Source of the DNA: an uncultured Gammaproteobacteria bacterium
GTDB taxonomy: Bacteria > Patescibacteriota > Microgenomatia > Levybacterales > GWA1-39-11
NCBI GenBank assembly: GCA_964485575.1
Contig: CAZAJO010000001.1
Span: 59,602-123,601, forward strand
Direction: 5' to 3'
DNA length: 64,000 nt
Part shown: in pieces, positions 39,383 to 50,774 of the stretch
Position numbering within the stretch: position 1 is the stretch's first letter
Layout of the letters: each line of letters opens with the position of its first letter
Notes under the pieces: model-generated
The model's input: the letters and a program-made list of their open reading frames with translations, nothing else
Told to the model about the DNA's origin: nothing
The model's database searches: none
Made by a program: the position numbers and the translations under genes

Positions 39383-40333
39383 TTATCCTCCAATAAAATA
39401 AATTATAAAAATAACAAGAAATCCCCAGATGATAACAGATGCCAATAGTGGTCTATCTGTAAGAAGCACTTTATCAGGACTCTCTCCTTCTTTCTTTTCA
39501 TAAATATCTTGCAGGTACCTCATAACACCATAAATTACTGGAATAATTGTTACCATGAGCCACTTTCTATTGAAATACGTTGGAAGATATTCAGGTAGCA
39601 AAACGTCCAACCCAATATGTAGTCCTTTTGGAGTTGCTAGAAAAGTAAAAAGTCCATAAAAAACGAATGTTGATGTTGCAAAAATAGTAGAGAAGGAATC
39701 AAGTAGAGCTTCAGAGTAGTGAGAAAGCGTCTTTCTGACCTCATCAATCTTTGCACCTTTAACATTTTGAAGAAGCGTTAACTCAGACCTTCTCTTTCCA
39801 ACAGCAAGAAAAAGAGATAGGGAAACTGCAGTCAAAAGTAACCAAATGGATGTATGGAAATTTGAGATAGCCTCTCCGGCAAGAATTCTTAATATATATC
39901 CAGTTGCAATAAAAAGAATGTCAAATATTGTTATTGATTTGAATACGGTTGAATAAAGTATTTGAAGCAATATATATGAAATTGCGATAACAGTAAAAAG
40001 ATAACTAGTATTTAGAGCTATGACAAATGCTGCAGTAAGTATTAACACAAGCAAAACCACTGCCTCGGGAACTGAAATGATTCCACTGGCGATCGGTCTC
40101 ATCTTCTTGAATGGATGAAGCCTATCTTTTTTTACATCTAAAATATCGTTGAATATGTATGTTGCCGATGCAAACATACAAAAAGCAATAAACCCACTTA
40201 CTACTTGGGAAAGGAGATCTAATTCGAATAATTTACCAGCGAAGGTAACACCTGCAAATAAAGCGAAATTCTTAATCCATTGCCTTGGACGTAATAACTT
40301 CAATATATAATATCCGTGTCTAATCATAAGCAA
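39383..40333 (-). CDS. UbiA-superfamily polyprenyl-phosphate transferase, most similar to decaprenyl-phosphate 5-phosphoribosyltransferase (DPPR)-type enzymes
   Basis: NDILDVKKDRLHPFKKMRPIASG: the NDxxDxxxD Asp-rich motif followed by DR.HP.K..RPIA, characteristic of the DPPR branch. 8-9 TM helices. Confidence 0.65.
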   Translation of the reverse strand: MLMIRHGYYILKLLRPRQWIKNFALFAGVTFAGKLFELDLLSQVVSGFIAFCMFASATYIFNDILDVKKDRLHPFKKMRPIASGIISVPEAVVLLVLILTAAFVIALNTSYLFTVIAISYILLQILYSTVFKSITIFDILFIATGYILRILAGEAISNFHTSIWLLLTAVSLSLFLAVGKRRSELTLLQNVKGAKIDEVRKTLSHYSEALLDSFSTIFATSTFVFYGLFTFLATPKGLHIGLDVLLPEYLPTYFNRKWLMVTIIPVIYGVMRYLQDIYEKKEGESPDKVLLTDRPLLASVIIWGFLVIFIIYFIGG

Positions 40334-40369
40334 AGCTTGCTAATCGTAAGCCTCTCTTCGTTCGTCTTG

Positions 40370-40394
40370 CGACTAAAATTTTCAATTTTAGTCG
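40370..40394. repeat. Perfect 11-bp inverted repeat hairpin (CGACTAAAATT-ttc-AATTTTAGTCG) that includes the stop codon of the MraY-like gene
   Basis: Read directly from the sequence. On the plus strand it is followed 8 nt later by TCTTTTTCC. On the minus (coding) strand it sits exactly at the gene end with no U-tract. Confidence 0.6.
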
Positions 40395-41440
40395 TAGTCC
40401 TGTCTTTTTCCTGCTACTCGCAACATGAATACAAACCCTAATACTACAACTCCCACCAACATTATAACAAAAAGTTTTCCGCGACTAGAAACACTTAACG
40501 CAACTACTCCTAAGAGCAATGACATGAACCAATAAAAAACGGCTATACTTCTATGTCCCAATCCGTAGTTAAGCAACAGGTGATGGAGATGTCCACGGTC
40601 ATGCCAAAAAGGAGATTTTTTCGCAAGCAAACGCCTGATAATTGTTATTGCTGCATCAACACTTGGTACACCCATTACAAGTACTGCCGTTGCCAATTTC
40701 ACCCCTGAAGTTATAGAAAGTATCCCAATAAAATAACCGAGTATGGTGGCGCTGTACCCAGGGAATATTTTTGCTGGATAAAAATTGTAGACTAAAAATC
40801 CTAGCGACGCACCACCTACAATAAAAGAGATCATTGAAGTCGCGTAGCTTAACTGTTCTGTAGAGACAAATCTAAAAGCGGCAATGCCAATTACAAATGC
40901 AGAGATAGCAGCAATACCTGGCATCTGTCCATCTACACCCTTACTCCAATTTAACATGTTCATAACCCACACGATCCATATGATTGCCAATACATCACCA
41001 AAATTGAATGTTTGGGACAAAATGACGAACTGAAAATTAGTAAAGTGCAATATTCCCCCTAATGGGTTTGTAATGAAAGGGACAGTAACACCTGCATAAA
41101 CAGCTATCGCTGCAGTCAATATATTTATCCCAAACCGTATGTAGGGAGACAGGTCAAATTTGTCATCCAAAACTCCTGTTATGACTACGATAAAACCTCC
41201 TATGAATATTGTTTTGATAAAGTTATCGAAAGGAACAAATATAATGGCAGCCAATGCAATTCCTATATATATAGCAAGCCCTCCCGCTCTTGGAATTGGT
41301 TTTTTATGAAGAATTGCAGGATGGATGTGCTTCTTTGGATCATCCATCAGTTTTGCTTTCTTTGCGAATTTGATTATGAAAGGAACAGCCAAGACGGTGA
41401 TAAGGAAAGAAACAACTGGAGCCAAAATTAAATTTTGCAT
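40388..41440 (-). CDS. MraY/WecA-family (GT4 superfamily) polyprenyl-phosphate N-acetylhexosamine/phospho-sugar 1-phosphate transferase
   Basis: VLDDKFDLSPYIRFG (DD.xD Mg site); NMLNWSKGVDGQMPG (N..N...DG); His-rich HDRGHLHHLLL; 10-11 TM. Start placed at the internal Met (MQNLILAPVV...) abutting the upstream small gene; the longer ORF would overlap it by 64 nt. Confidence 0.7.
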   Translation of the reverse strand: MQNLILAPVVSFLITVLAVPFIIKFAKKAKLMDDPKKHIHPAILHKKPIPRAGGLAIYIGIALAAIIFVPFDNFIKTIFIGGFIVVITGVLDDKFDLSPYIRFGINILTAAIAVYAGVTVPFITNPLGGILHFTNFQFVILSQTFNFGDVLAIIWIVWVMNMLNWSKGVDGQMPGIAAISAFVIGIAAFRFVSTEQLSYATSMISFIVGGASLGFLVYNFYPAKIFPGYSATILGYFIGILSITSGVKLATAVLVMGVPSVDAAITIIRRLLAKKSPFWHDRGHLHHLLLNYGLGHRSIAVFYWFMSLLLGVVALSVSSRGKLFVIMLVGVVVLGFVFMLRVAGKRQDYD

Positions 41441-41793
41441 TAAAATGTTAAAAATAAGATCTGTAAATAGGCAAGCAGTCCAAGTAATAAAATCAGAAAA
41501 CAATTAAACAATACAATTCTTGATATAAGGACATACTTAGTATAAACAAAAGTTGCCAACAAAACATTCCCTACAAATATTACAACAAGCAACATCGGTA
41601 ATACGATTGTGATATTGGAACTGATCAATCGTTGCTCTCCCCATGGCATGCTGTTAAAAAATGGGATCAGCGGTGGTAAATTCCCGTAAGTGACGATGAT
41701 AATCGCGATGAGAGGAACTATAAAAATAATAGACAACAATAACGATATCCTGACAAATTGATCACTTAATACGATGCTAAATTTCTCTTTCAT
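41440..41793 (-). CDS. Small 4-TM hypothetical membrane protein inside the glycan operon
   Basis: Almost wholly hydrophobic (LLLSIIFIVPLIAIIIVTYG; ITIVLPMLLVVIFVGNVLLATFVY). Translationally coupled on both sides. Confidence 0.45.
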   Translation of the reverse strand: MKEKFSIVLSDQFVRISLLLSIIFIVPLIAIIIVTYGNLPPLIPFFNSMPWGEQRLISSNITIVLPMLLVVIFVGNVLLATFVYTKYVLISRIVLFNCFLILLLGLLAYLQILFLTF

Positions 41794-43243
41794 AAATTTT
41801 TGTACCGTCCATGATATATCTCAACTGATACGACGACAAAATATTGTCGACCAACGGAACATCAATTGTTTGTATTATATATTTTGGCTGTTCTTTATCA
41901 ATCTCCCGTTTTGTGATAGTGTCCGCATTTTTATAAAAAGTAATATGATAAGCAACAACATACTTTCCTATAGGAAGTCTATTGGATAATGCGTATATCT
42001 GCGCGCTGTCGGACCAGAGGAACACACTTTCATTGCCCTTAATATTCATGCGTATGAAGTTTGCAATGTCATAATCCCGTGGAGTGTTCCTATCAAAAAA
42101 TCCTTCGTATTCAACGATACGTTCTTTGTTGGTTATGAACTTAAAGTAATTATTGTAATAAGGAATAGAACGGAGATAGATCTGAAAATGAAAATACGCA
42201 AAATAACAAATGACAACAATTGCAACAACGTTCAATATGCGTAATTTTACTTTCTCAAATAATTGTCCTATCAGAAGCGAAAAAACCGGAAGAATTACGA
42301 GCGAATAATGTATATAGGGCCTCTCCGAAAAGAATGCATTATACAAAGAAAATATCAGCCACAGATAAATAAACAAGGAAGCCTTTGATATCCTCTTTCG
42401 ATTTACGAAGATTATCATCAAACCAACAAATAATAAAATAGTCTTAATAACAAGAATTCCCATTGGGAATATAAATCTATTTTGCTCTCCAACATATGAA
42501 ACGTTCTGTAAGAAAACCGCGCTAATAAATTCTTTTGGAATTCCTAACACCAAAAAAACTGCGAAACATACAAAAAGAAGAGACATGGTTGCAATAAAAA
42601 AATCTATAAATCTCTTTGCATTTTGATTAGAGACAATTACCCTACTTGAAAGCAGAATAAATGCAAAAAATGCCGCAAAGTCAAAAACGGCAACTATCTT
42701 CGTGATGACAGCAATTGACAAAAGTAACCCTGCATAAATGAGTTTTTTCCTTTGTTTGTTTTCGAGATAAGAATAAATCAAATAAGCTGCGCTTATAATA
42801 GGAAGCAGCATAAAATTCTCTGCGTTGGCTATATTTCCTTCCAAGATAGGTAGACCAAAAAGTATCGAAAATACTGTTGTAGAAATGTAAAATGACAGAG
42901 GATTTGCAAACATTTTTTTTGACAACAGAAAAAAGATTACCGTTGAAAATAAACCGGCAAATAAGGAAAGAAGTTTTATAAGGTATAGGTTCCCATTTAC
43001 AAGTGCGTAGATTATATAAAGGAGTGGGGGTTTATTGTCCCAAATGTCCTTGTAGAGTGTCTTTCCCGAAAGCAATGCTCTTCCAATAACTTGATATATC
43101 CCCTCATCTCCATACCAATGTGGCTCTATAAGGGATGGTATTCTCAGGAGTACGAAAACTGTACAAATAGCTAGTAAGAACCATGCATCCTTATATTCAT
43201 AAAAGGACTTCGACTTATAAATTCTTAAAAAAAAACTTTTCAT
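41777..43243 (-). CDS. GT-C fold membrane glycosyltransferase (ArnT/PMT/GT39-like; uses polyprenyl-phosphate sugar donors)
   Basis: First-loop motif HWYGDEGIY (Asp-Glu pair) after TM1; 11-13 TM helices; C-terminal soluble domain. Confidence 0.6.
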   Translation of the reverse strand: MKSFFLRIYKSKSFYEYKDAWFLLAICTVFVLLRIPSLIEPHWYGDEGIYQVIGRALLSGKTLYKDIWDNKPPLLYIIYALVNGNLYLIKLLSLFAGLFSTVIFFLLSKKMFANPLSFYISTTVFSILFGLPILEGNIANAENFMLLPIISAAYLIYSYLENKQRKKLIYAGLLLSIAVITKIVAVFDFAAFFAFILLSSRVIVSNQNAKRFIDFFIATMSLLFVCFAVFLVLGIPKEFISAVFLQNVSYVGEQNRFIFPMGILVIKTILLFVGLMIIFVNRKRISKASLFIYLWLIFSLYNAFFSERPYIHYSLVILPVFSLLIGQLFEKVKLRILNVVAIVVICYFAYFHFQIYLRSIPYYNNYFKFITNKERIVEYEGFFDRNTPRDYDIANFIRMNIKGNESVFLWSDSAQIYALSNRLPIGKYVVAYHITFYKNADTITKREIDKEQPKYIIQTIDVPLVDNILSSYQLRYIMDGTKIYEREI

Positions 43244-43248
43244 GTGAG

Positions 43249-44748
43249 TTAGACTTTCTCTGTTACCTTGTACTCCAATCTCTTTCCAATGATTAGTTGT
43301 ACATGTGAAATCAAGGCAGGGAGAGCAGATAAGAAAAATCCAGCAACGGGCATGAAAAGAAATTCAGCAGGAAAAAGTAATTTTCTGATTCTTGAATGCT
43401 TTTCTTGATTTTTCTTTGGACCTAAAGAATAATCGACATAAATCATGGCCAAAATTGAGACAAGACAAAGAGTCAAAATAAAAGCAGATATATGAGGAAG
43501 TGTATACCCCAGATTTGTTCTCGTAAAAACCGGGTTTATTAAAGCTACTAAATTTGCAGAGATCGTGATAATAAACCAATTCACTGGCCAGAGTATGTGG
43601 TCTACGATAACGTTTGTGACAAGCATTGTCTTTCTCCAAAAAGGCACACCGGGTACTGTCAGATACCATTTAATATAGGTTGCATCATCTGCAATCCCCC
43701 ATGACCATCTTCTCTCTTGGTGATATTTATTCATCAGACTTCTTCTATAAGAATATGACATTGCAGCATCCATTGAAGTCTTGAGAAATATTGGCTCTAC
43801 AACTACTCTTCCTTTTGTTTTGAAAAATGCTTTGAAAAAGACTCTATAGTCTTCAGGTATGACATCTACATCCCAATTCCCAATATCCATGAGCAATTTG
43901 AAGGAGAGAGAATATACCGAATTTGGAACAAGGCGGGTATGTTGTACAAGAACTGATGTCCTCCATAAACTCCCAAAGAACGAAATTACTCTCGTAAAAG
44001 AAGGTACTTGCCAAAAATTATTGTAAGTCACATTTGCAGATTGCCAAAATGTGTATAGAGGATCTTTTACAGTTAAGAATGAATAGGCAAGGTATGAGAA
44101 AAATGCTTTGTCAAAAAGAACGTCAGCATCAGCAGAGGTCACGGTCATATAATTGATATCTAGCTTGCCGGATTTTACTAATTTTTCATATGCGTCAGCA
44201 GCAGCAAATGCTTGGTTAGATGACTTTCCCTTTACTTCATCTGGTAAATCTGGGTGGAGCGTGTAGTGAAAACCCCCAAAGATTTTTTCATATTCTTTTT
44301 TAAGTTTGTCACCTTTTGCTGCTACTTCTTCCTCTCTTTTTTCAAATGCCATATAAATGTGTATCTGATGCATAGGAAATGTTTGATCATGAATACTTTC
44401 TAGTGTTTCCTTAATTTTTTCATAACTTTCTTTGTAGCTTGGAATAACAATAAGATGGTGAACTTTTGAAAAATCTGGAAATGCTTTTGCTTTTGCCAAC
44501 CAGTCAGTCCTTTCAGCGCTTCTTATTTTTCTTGCAGCTACATATGATGTACCTACTAAATGAACCGATTTGTAGAACCAATACACATCAAAGAAAATTA
44601 TGAAATAAGAAAGCGCTATAGGGAAAAAATATGCACCCCATACAGGCATCGTTATCAGAAACAAACCTATAACCGGGGGAATTATCTCAAGAGCCCTTCG
44701 GGATTTGATAGGATATCTGGTAAATAATCTGTCGAGTGTTGTGTGCAT
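43249..44748 (-). CDS. Processive family-2 glycosyltransferase (cellulose/chitin/hyaluronan-synthase-like) with N- and C-terminal TM helices
   Basis: TSADADVLFD (D.D) ... YRVFF ... C-terminal QERRWSWG = Q(Q/R)xRW processivity motif; two N-terminal and about four C-terminal TM helices. Confidence 0.75.
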   Translation of the reverse strand: MHTTLDRLFTRYPIKSRRALEIIPPVIGLFLITMPVWGAYFFPIALSYFIIFFDVYWFYKSVHLVGTSYVAARKIRSAERTDWLAKAKAFPDFSKVHHLIVIPSYKESYEKIKETLESIHDQTFPMHQIHIYMAFEKREEEVAAKGDKLKKEYEKIFGGFHYTLHPDLPDEVKGKSSNQAFAAADAYEKLVKSGKLDINYMTVTSADADVLFDKAFFSYLAYSFLTVKDPLYTFWQSANVTYNNFWQVPSFTRVISFFGSLWRTSVLVQHTRLVPNSVYSLSFKLLMDIGNWDVDVIPEDYRVFFKAFFKTKGRVVVEPIFLKTSMDAAMSYSYRRSLMNKYHQERRWSWGIADDATYIKWYLTVPGVPFWRKTMLVTNVIVDHILWPVNWFIITISANLVALINPVFTRTNLGYTLPHISAFILTLCLVSILAMIYVDYSLGPKKNQEKHSRIRKLLFPAEFLFMPVAGFFLSALPALISHVQLIIGKRLEYKVTEKV

Positions 44749-44750
44749 TT

Positions 44751-45569
44751 TTAGACTGAAAAAACAGCGCGAAAATTACGCTCGATTTGAGCCTCAAGAG
44801 TATTATAGGGAATTCCCTTGTTCTTCGCAATGAACTCTAAGATAATGGGAATATTGGAAGGGGTGTTCCTTTGACCTCTTAGTGGCACTGGGGAAAGAAA
44901 TGGACTGTCAGTCTCGGTTAAGATCATATCCTCTGGAACAAATTTAACAAGATCTACTAATGGTGTCGTCTCTCCAGGTGGCACACCATCATAGGTAACA
45001 TTCCCATCAAATCCCACCAAAAATCCCATGTCTAAAACCTTTTTCGTAAACTCTACACTTCCCGAGAAGCAATGGAACATCCCTGGTACTTTTCTTAATT
45101 GATTTTTGTAATCAGAAAGAATTGCCAAAGTCTCATCCCAAGCAAGTCGTGTGTGGATCTGTAATGGTAGATTTAGTTTTATAGACAACTCTATTTGTTT
45201 TCTAAAAGCATCTTCTTGCAAATCGACGGGAACAACTCCATTGGTCCGGTAATTCCAAAAATCCATCCCTACTTCCCCAATTCCTATCACTTTTGGCTGC
45301 TTTGCCAATTCTTCAAGCTTTTCTAGCCAGTCCTCTGGCATAAGACCTTCATATTGCGCGTCTGATTTGTCTGCGTGGTGTGGATGAATTCCAATAATTG
45401 CCCAACAATTTTCAAATTTCTGAGCTATTTCAACGGCTTTTATTGAAGAGTCTACTGAGGTACCGGTGTTTACAATTGTCGTAACACCTATGCCTACTGC
45501 CTCTTTTATAACAGATTCAGCATCCTCTTCGAATTTATGAAACTGCAAGTGACAATGCGCATCTAACAT
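44751..45569 (-). CDS. tatD: TatD-family metal-dependent hydrolase/DNase
   Basis: MLDAHCHLQF; IGEVGMDF; HCFSG; TETDSPFL. Confidence 0.85.
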   Translation of the reverse strand: MLDAHCHLQFHKFEEDAESVIKEAVGIGVTTIVNTGTSVDSSIKAVEIAQKFENCWAIIGIHPHHADKSDAQYEGLMPEDWLEKLEELAKQPKVIGIGEVGMDFWNYRTNGVVPVDLQEDAFRKQIELSIKLNLPLQIHTRLAWDETLAILSDYKNQLRKVPGMFHCFSGSVEFTKKVLDMGFLVGFDGNVTYDGVPPGETTPLVDLVKFVPEDMILTETDSPFLSPVPLRGQRNTPSNIPIILEFIAKNKGIPYNTLEAQIERNFRAVFSV

Positions 45570-45606
45570 GAGTTTATTTTACAAGAAAGTGAAGATTAAT
45601 GTGAAG

Positions 45607-47551
<1,945 letters not shown>

Positions 47552-47593
47552 TTAAAATATCCAAACAAGAAAAACTTGGTTGGAGTGAATGTA

Positions 47594-47622
47594 TTTATAC
47601 AAAACGGTTATCAATTTGTCAA
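47594..47622 (-). promoter_or_regulatory. Sigma70 promoter for groESL (TTGACA, 17-nt spacer, TATAAA); only a degenerate CIRCE-like repeat (TTAGCAGAC-N9-AATTGATAA) overlaps the -35
   Basis: Minus strand reads TTGACAaattgataaccgttttgTATAAA, about 40 nt upstream of the groES ATG. Confidence 0.55.
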
Positions 47623-47729
47623 GTAGTCTGCTAATTTGATTCGCGTTTACGCTTGCAAAAGTATGCAAAATCTTCTACGCTAATATCATCTTGTATTGCA
47701 GGCTGTTAGGCTTGTGACCTTGAGATGGA

Positions 47730-48938
47730 ATGAACATTTTTAAAAATAAATATTTTCTCCTTGGTAATCTTGCTTTCCTATTAATAGTGATCCCTGTCGT
47801 ACTCTTTTTCGTTAAGAACCAAACATCAACACGGGGAAGTGCCGCACCGACAAGCACTCTATCATTTATAGATCCGACAGTGATCGCTGACCAATGCGAT
47901 GACTCAAAAACTGCGCGACTCGTCCTCAACCCCGGACAAAATGTAGTAAATAGAATCGCACTGGCTCTTAAATGGGATAAGACTAAATTTGATGTTGTAT
48001 TCACTCCGAATAAAACAGCATTTCCTGACATTGCAAAAGATGCAGCCCCCACAGCAGATGGCATGACTATTACTCTTGCCATAGGTCCTGATGTCACCAA
48101 AGCAATCAGCACTACAACCGATGTCGGGACGGTACAGATAAAGCCAATTGCTCCAACGACAAAAGTTGATCTTGAGGTTGACCCCGTCAATACGAAAATA
48201 TTTTCACTTTCAAGCCAAGATGGAGCAGCTGAAAATGTACTCAATCCTGGTGGACTGGTTCCTCTTCAAGTAGCCATAACCGCAAAAGTATGTACGGATG
48301 CAACAATCACTCCAACTGTAACCGGTAACCCACCAGATACCCAATCCTCAATAACACCAACCGTAACTACTGTTCCAACAACATCCGCAGTTACACCAAC
48401 GACAGCAGCTACCACTCCTACGACTGCACCAATAGCAACCGCAACTCCAACCTCAGCTGTTGCCAATCAATCACCAACGTGTCTTAATCTCGCGTCATCT
48501 ACCTCTTCGGGTTCTGCACCACTTTCAGTAACCTTGACAGCAACGGGTAGAGATACAGATGGAATTGTCTCAAAAGCTACGTTTAATTTTGGTGATGGAT
48601 CTCAACAAGATGTCACAACAGGACTTGGGACAGCATCGGTCTCAGCGCAACTGGCTCATACATATAATTCTGGGGGGAACTTCACATCAACTGCAGTATT
48701 TACGGATAATTCAGGTGCTGTGAGTGCAACATGCTCACAAGTTATTGCGGTCAGCGGAGCAATTGCGACCATTCCTCCAACAGCTACACCAACCATTGAG
48801 ATAGGAAGTATCAGTCCTACAGATCCCCCAACTGCTACTCCAACCATCTCAAATCCTGGTGGAGTTAGTATCACATTCGGTTTGATTGGCGGAATTGTAC
48901 TTGCAATAATCGCCGGTATCTTCTTACTCGCCCTCTAA
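47730..48938 (+). CDS. Surface protein with signal-anchor, beta-rich N-domain, Thr/Pro linkers, a PKD domain and a C-terminal NPGG plus TM tail
   Basis: PKD signature FNFGDGSQQDV...HTYNSGGNFTSTAVFTDNSGAVSA. Linker TPTVTGNPPDTQSSITPTVTTVPTTSAVTPTTAATTPTTAP. C-terminus ISNPGGVSITFGLIGGIVLAIIAGIFLLAL-stop. Confidence 0.65.
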   Translation: MNIFKNKYFLLGNLAFLLIVIPVVLFFVKNQTSTRGSAAPTSTLSFIDPTVIADQCDDSKTARLVLNPGQNVVNRIALALKWDKTKFDVVFTPNKTAFPDIAKDAAPTADGMTITLAIGPDVTKAISTTTDVGTVQIKPIAPTTKVDLEVDPVNTKIFSLSSQDGAAENVLNPGGLVPLQVAITAKVCTDATITPTVTGNPPDTQSSITPTVTTVPTTSAVTPTTAATTPTTAPIATATPTSAVANQSPTCLNLASSTSSGSAPLSVTLTATGRDTDGIVSKATFNFGDGSQQDVTTGLGTASVSAQLAHTYNSGGNFTSTAVFTDNSGAVSATCSQVIAVSGAIATIPPTATPTIEIGSISPTDPPTATPTISNPGGVSITFGLIGGIVLAIIAGIFLLAL

Positions 48939-48983
48939 TAACTTGAGGTTTGATTTTTTGAATAGTCTTCTCGTTGGCTCTAG

Positions 48984-50744
48984 CTAAACTTTGAGGATGC
49001 TCATAAAAGCTTCTTTGGGGACATTGACTCTTCCGATAGATTTCATCTTTTTCTTTCCCTCTTTTTGCTTGTCTAACAATTTGTCTTTTCTTGTTCTGTC
49101 TCCTCCATACAATTTCCCGGTAACATCTTTCATGTAAGCTCCTATCTTTTCAGATGCAATTACTTTTGCTCCGATTTGGGCTCTTACCGCAATTTGGAAA
49201 GAATGCTTGGGAATTGACTTTGAAAGCGTCTCAACAATTCTTCTTGAAAATGACTCCGTATTTGATTTGTGCACAATAAATGATAATTCAGGAACAACTA
49301 CATCGTTGACAGAGATATCAACACGTTCCAGATCAGAGTTTCTGTAGTCTAAAAAGTCGTAGTCAAATGAAGCATATCCTGCAGAAGCCGACTTTAGTTT
49401 GTCATAGAAGTCGTAGACAATATTTGAAAGTGGCATCTCAAAAGTAACTTTTACTTGTGATCCAAAATATGAAACGTCCCCTTCAGTCCCGCGTCCTTTA
49501 TAGACAAGATCCAAAATTCCACCAAGATATTGCGCTGGTGTGTATACCTCCCCCAAAATGAATGGCTCTTTAATATCATTCCTTGAAATATCAAAATCTT
49601 TCGGACTTGAAACTTCTTCCCCATCTACAAGATAAAGTATAGAAGGCGGTGCACTAAACACATCCAGATTGTATTCACGCTCAATCCTCTCCAATACAAT
49701 TTGTGAATGCAAAAGGCCTAGAAATCCGCAGCGAAAACCTGACCCAAATACAGTTGAGTAATCAGGAGCAATTACCAATGCCGCATCCGTTAACTTTAAT
49801 GAATAAATTGCTTTTCTTAAATTTTGAAAATCAGATGAATCAGTTGGGTAGATAGACAGGTAAACAAAAGACTTTTGCTCTTTGTATCCGGGAAGACTTT
49901 CTCCAGGATTTTTTGAAAGAGTCATCGTATCTCCAACTTTTGCCTGAGTTATATCTTTGATGTTTGTGATCACATAACCAACGTCTCCATTCTTAAGAAT
50001 TTGGGAAGAAGTAAAATTAGGTGTCATAAATCCAACATCCATAACAAGCGCTTTGGAATTATCAGACAAAAAGGTTATCTCATCTCCCTTTTTTATCTCA
50101 CCATTTCTAACCCTTACAAAGATTACAATTCCTCTGTGCTCATCATATTTACTATCAAATATAAGAGCCTGAGTTTTATCTCCATCTACAATTGTTGGCG
50201 GTGGAACTTTCTCAATTAAGACTTCTATCAACTTTTCAACACCAAGCCCTGACTTTGCACTGATACGCAAGATCTCTTCCTTAGCAAATCCAAAGGATTC
50301 AACAATCTCATTTTCGACCTTTTCAACCTCCGCACTATCAAGGTCCACTTTATTGATTACTGGGATGATTGTTAATCCCAAGCTTTTTGCTACATTAAAA
50401 TGACTGACGGTCTGTGCCTGAATTCCTTTTGTCGCGTCTACCACCAATATCGCACCTTCACATGCATAAAGAGTTCTAACAACTTCATAGGAAAAATCTA
50501 CGTGCCCTGGTGTATCAATCAAATTAAGGATATAGTCCTGATTATTTATCTGGTACTTCATGTGGACTGGTGCAAGCTTTATTGTTATTCCTCTTTCCCG
50601 AGAAATTGGGTTGCTATCCAAATATTGCTCTTGCTCTAATTGTGAGCGAGTAAGAGTACCTGTTATACCCATGAATCTATCGGCAAGCGTTGACTTACCG
50701 TGATCCACATGGGCAATTATGGCAAAGTTTCGAATATTGTTCAT
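48984..50744 (-). CDS. lepA: Elongation factor 4 (LepA)
   Basis: IRNFAIIAHVDHGKSTLADR; NLIDTPGHVDF; NKVD; LepA-specific C-terminal domain. Confidence 0.95.
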   Translation of the reverse strand: MNNIRNFAIIAHVDHGKSTLADRFMGITGTLTRSQLEQEQYLDSNPISRERGITIKLAPVHMKYQINNQDYILNLIDTPGHVDFSYEVVRTLYACEGAILVVDATKGIQAQTVSHFNVAKSLGLTIIPVINKVDLDSAEVEKVENEIVESFGFAKEEILRISAKSGLGVEKLIEVLIEKVPPPTIVDGDKTQALIFDSKYDEHRGIVIFVRVRNGEIKKGDEITFLSDNSKALVMDVGFMTPNFTSSQILKNGDVGYVITNIKDITQAKVGDTMTLSKNPGESLPGYKEQKSFVYLSIYPTDSSDFQNLRKAIYSLKLTDAALVIAPDYSTVFGSGFRCGFLGLLHSQIVLERIEREYNLDVFSAPPSILYLVDGEEVSSPKDFDISRNDIKEPFILGEVYTPAQYLGGILDLVYKGRGTEGDVSYFGSQVKVTFEMPLSNIVYDFYDKLKSASAGYASFDYDFLDYRNSDLERVDISVNDVVVPELSFIVHKSNTESFSRRIVETLSKSIPKHSFQIAVRAQIGAKVIASEKIGAYMKDVTGKLYGGDRTRKDKLLDKQKEGKKKMKSIGRVNVPKEAFMSILKV

Positions 50745-50774
50745 TAGGAGATTATATCATTGCAAATGGTTTAC

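Noticed and set aside
48266-48874. Minus-strand ORFs (66 and 72 aa) rich in V/G/A inside the PKD protein gene
   Set aside because: They are antisense to the Thr/Pro-linker coding sequence, so they are a shadow-ORF artefact.
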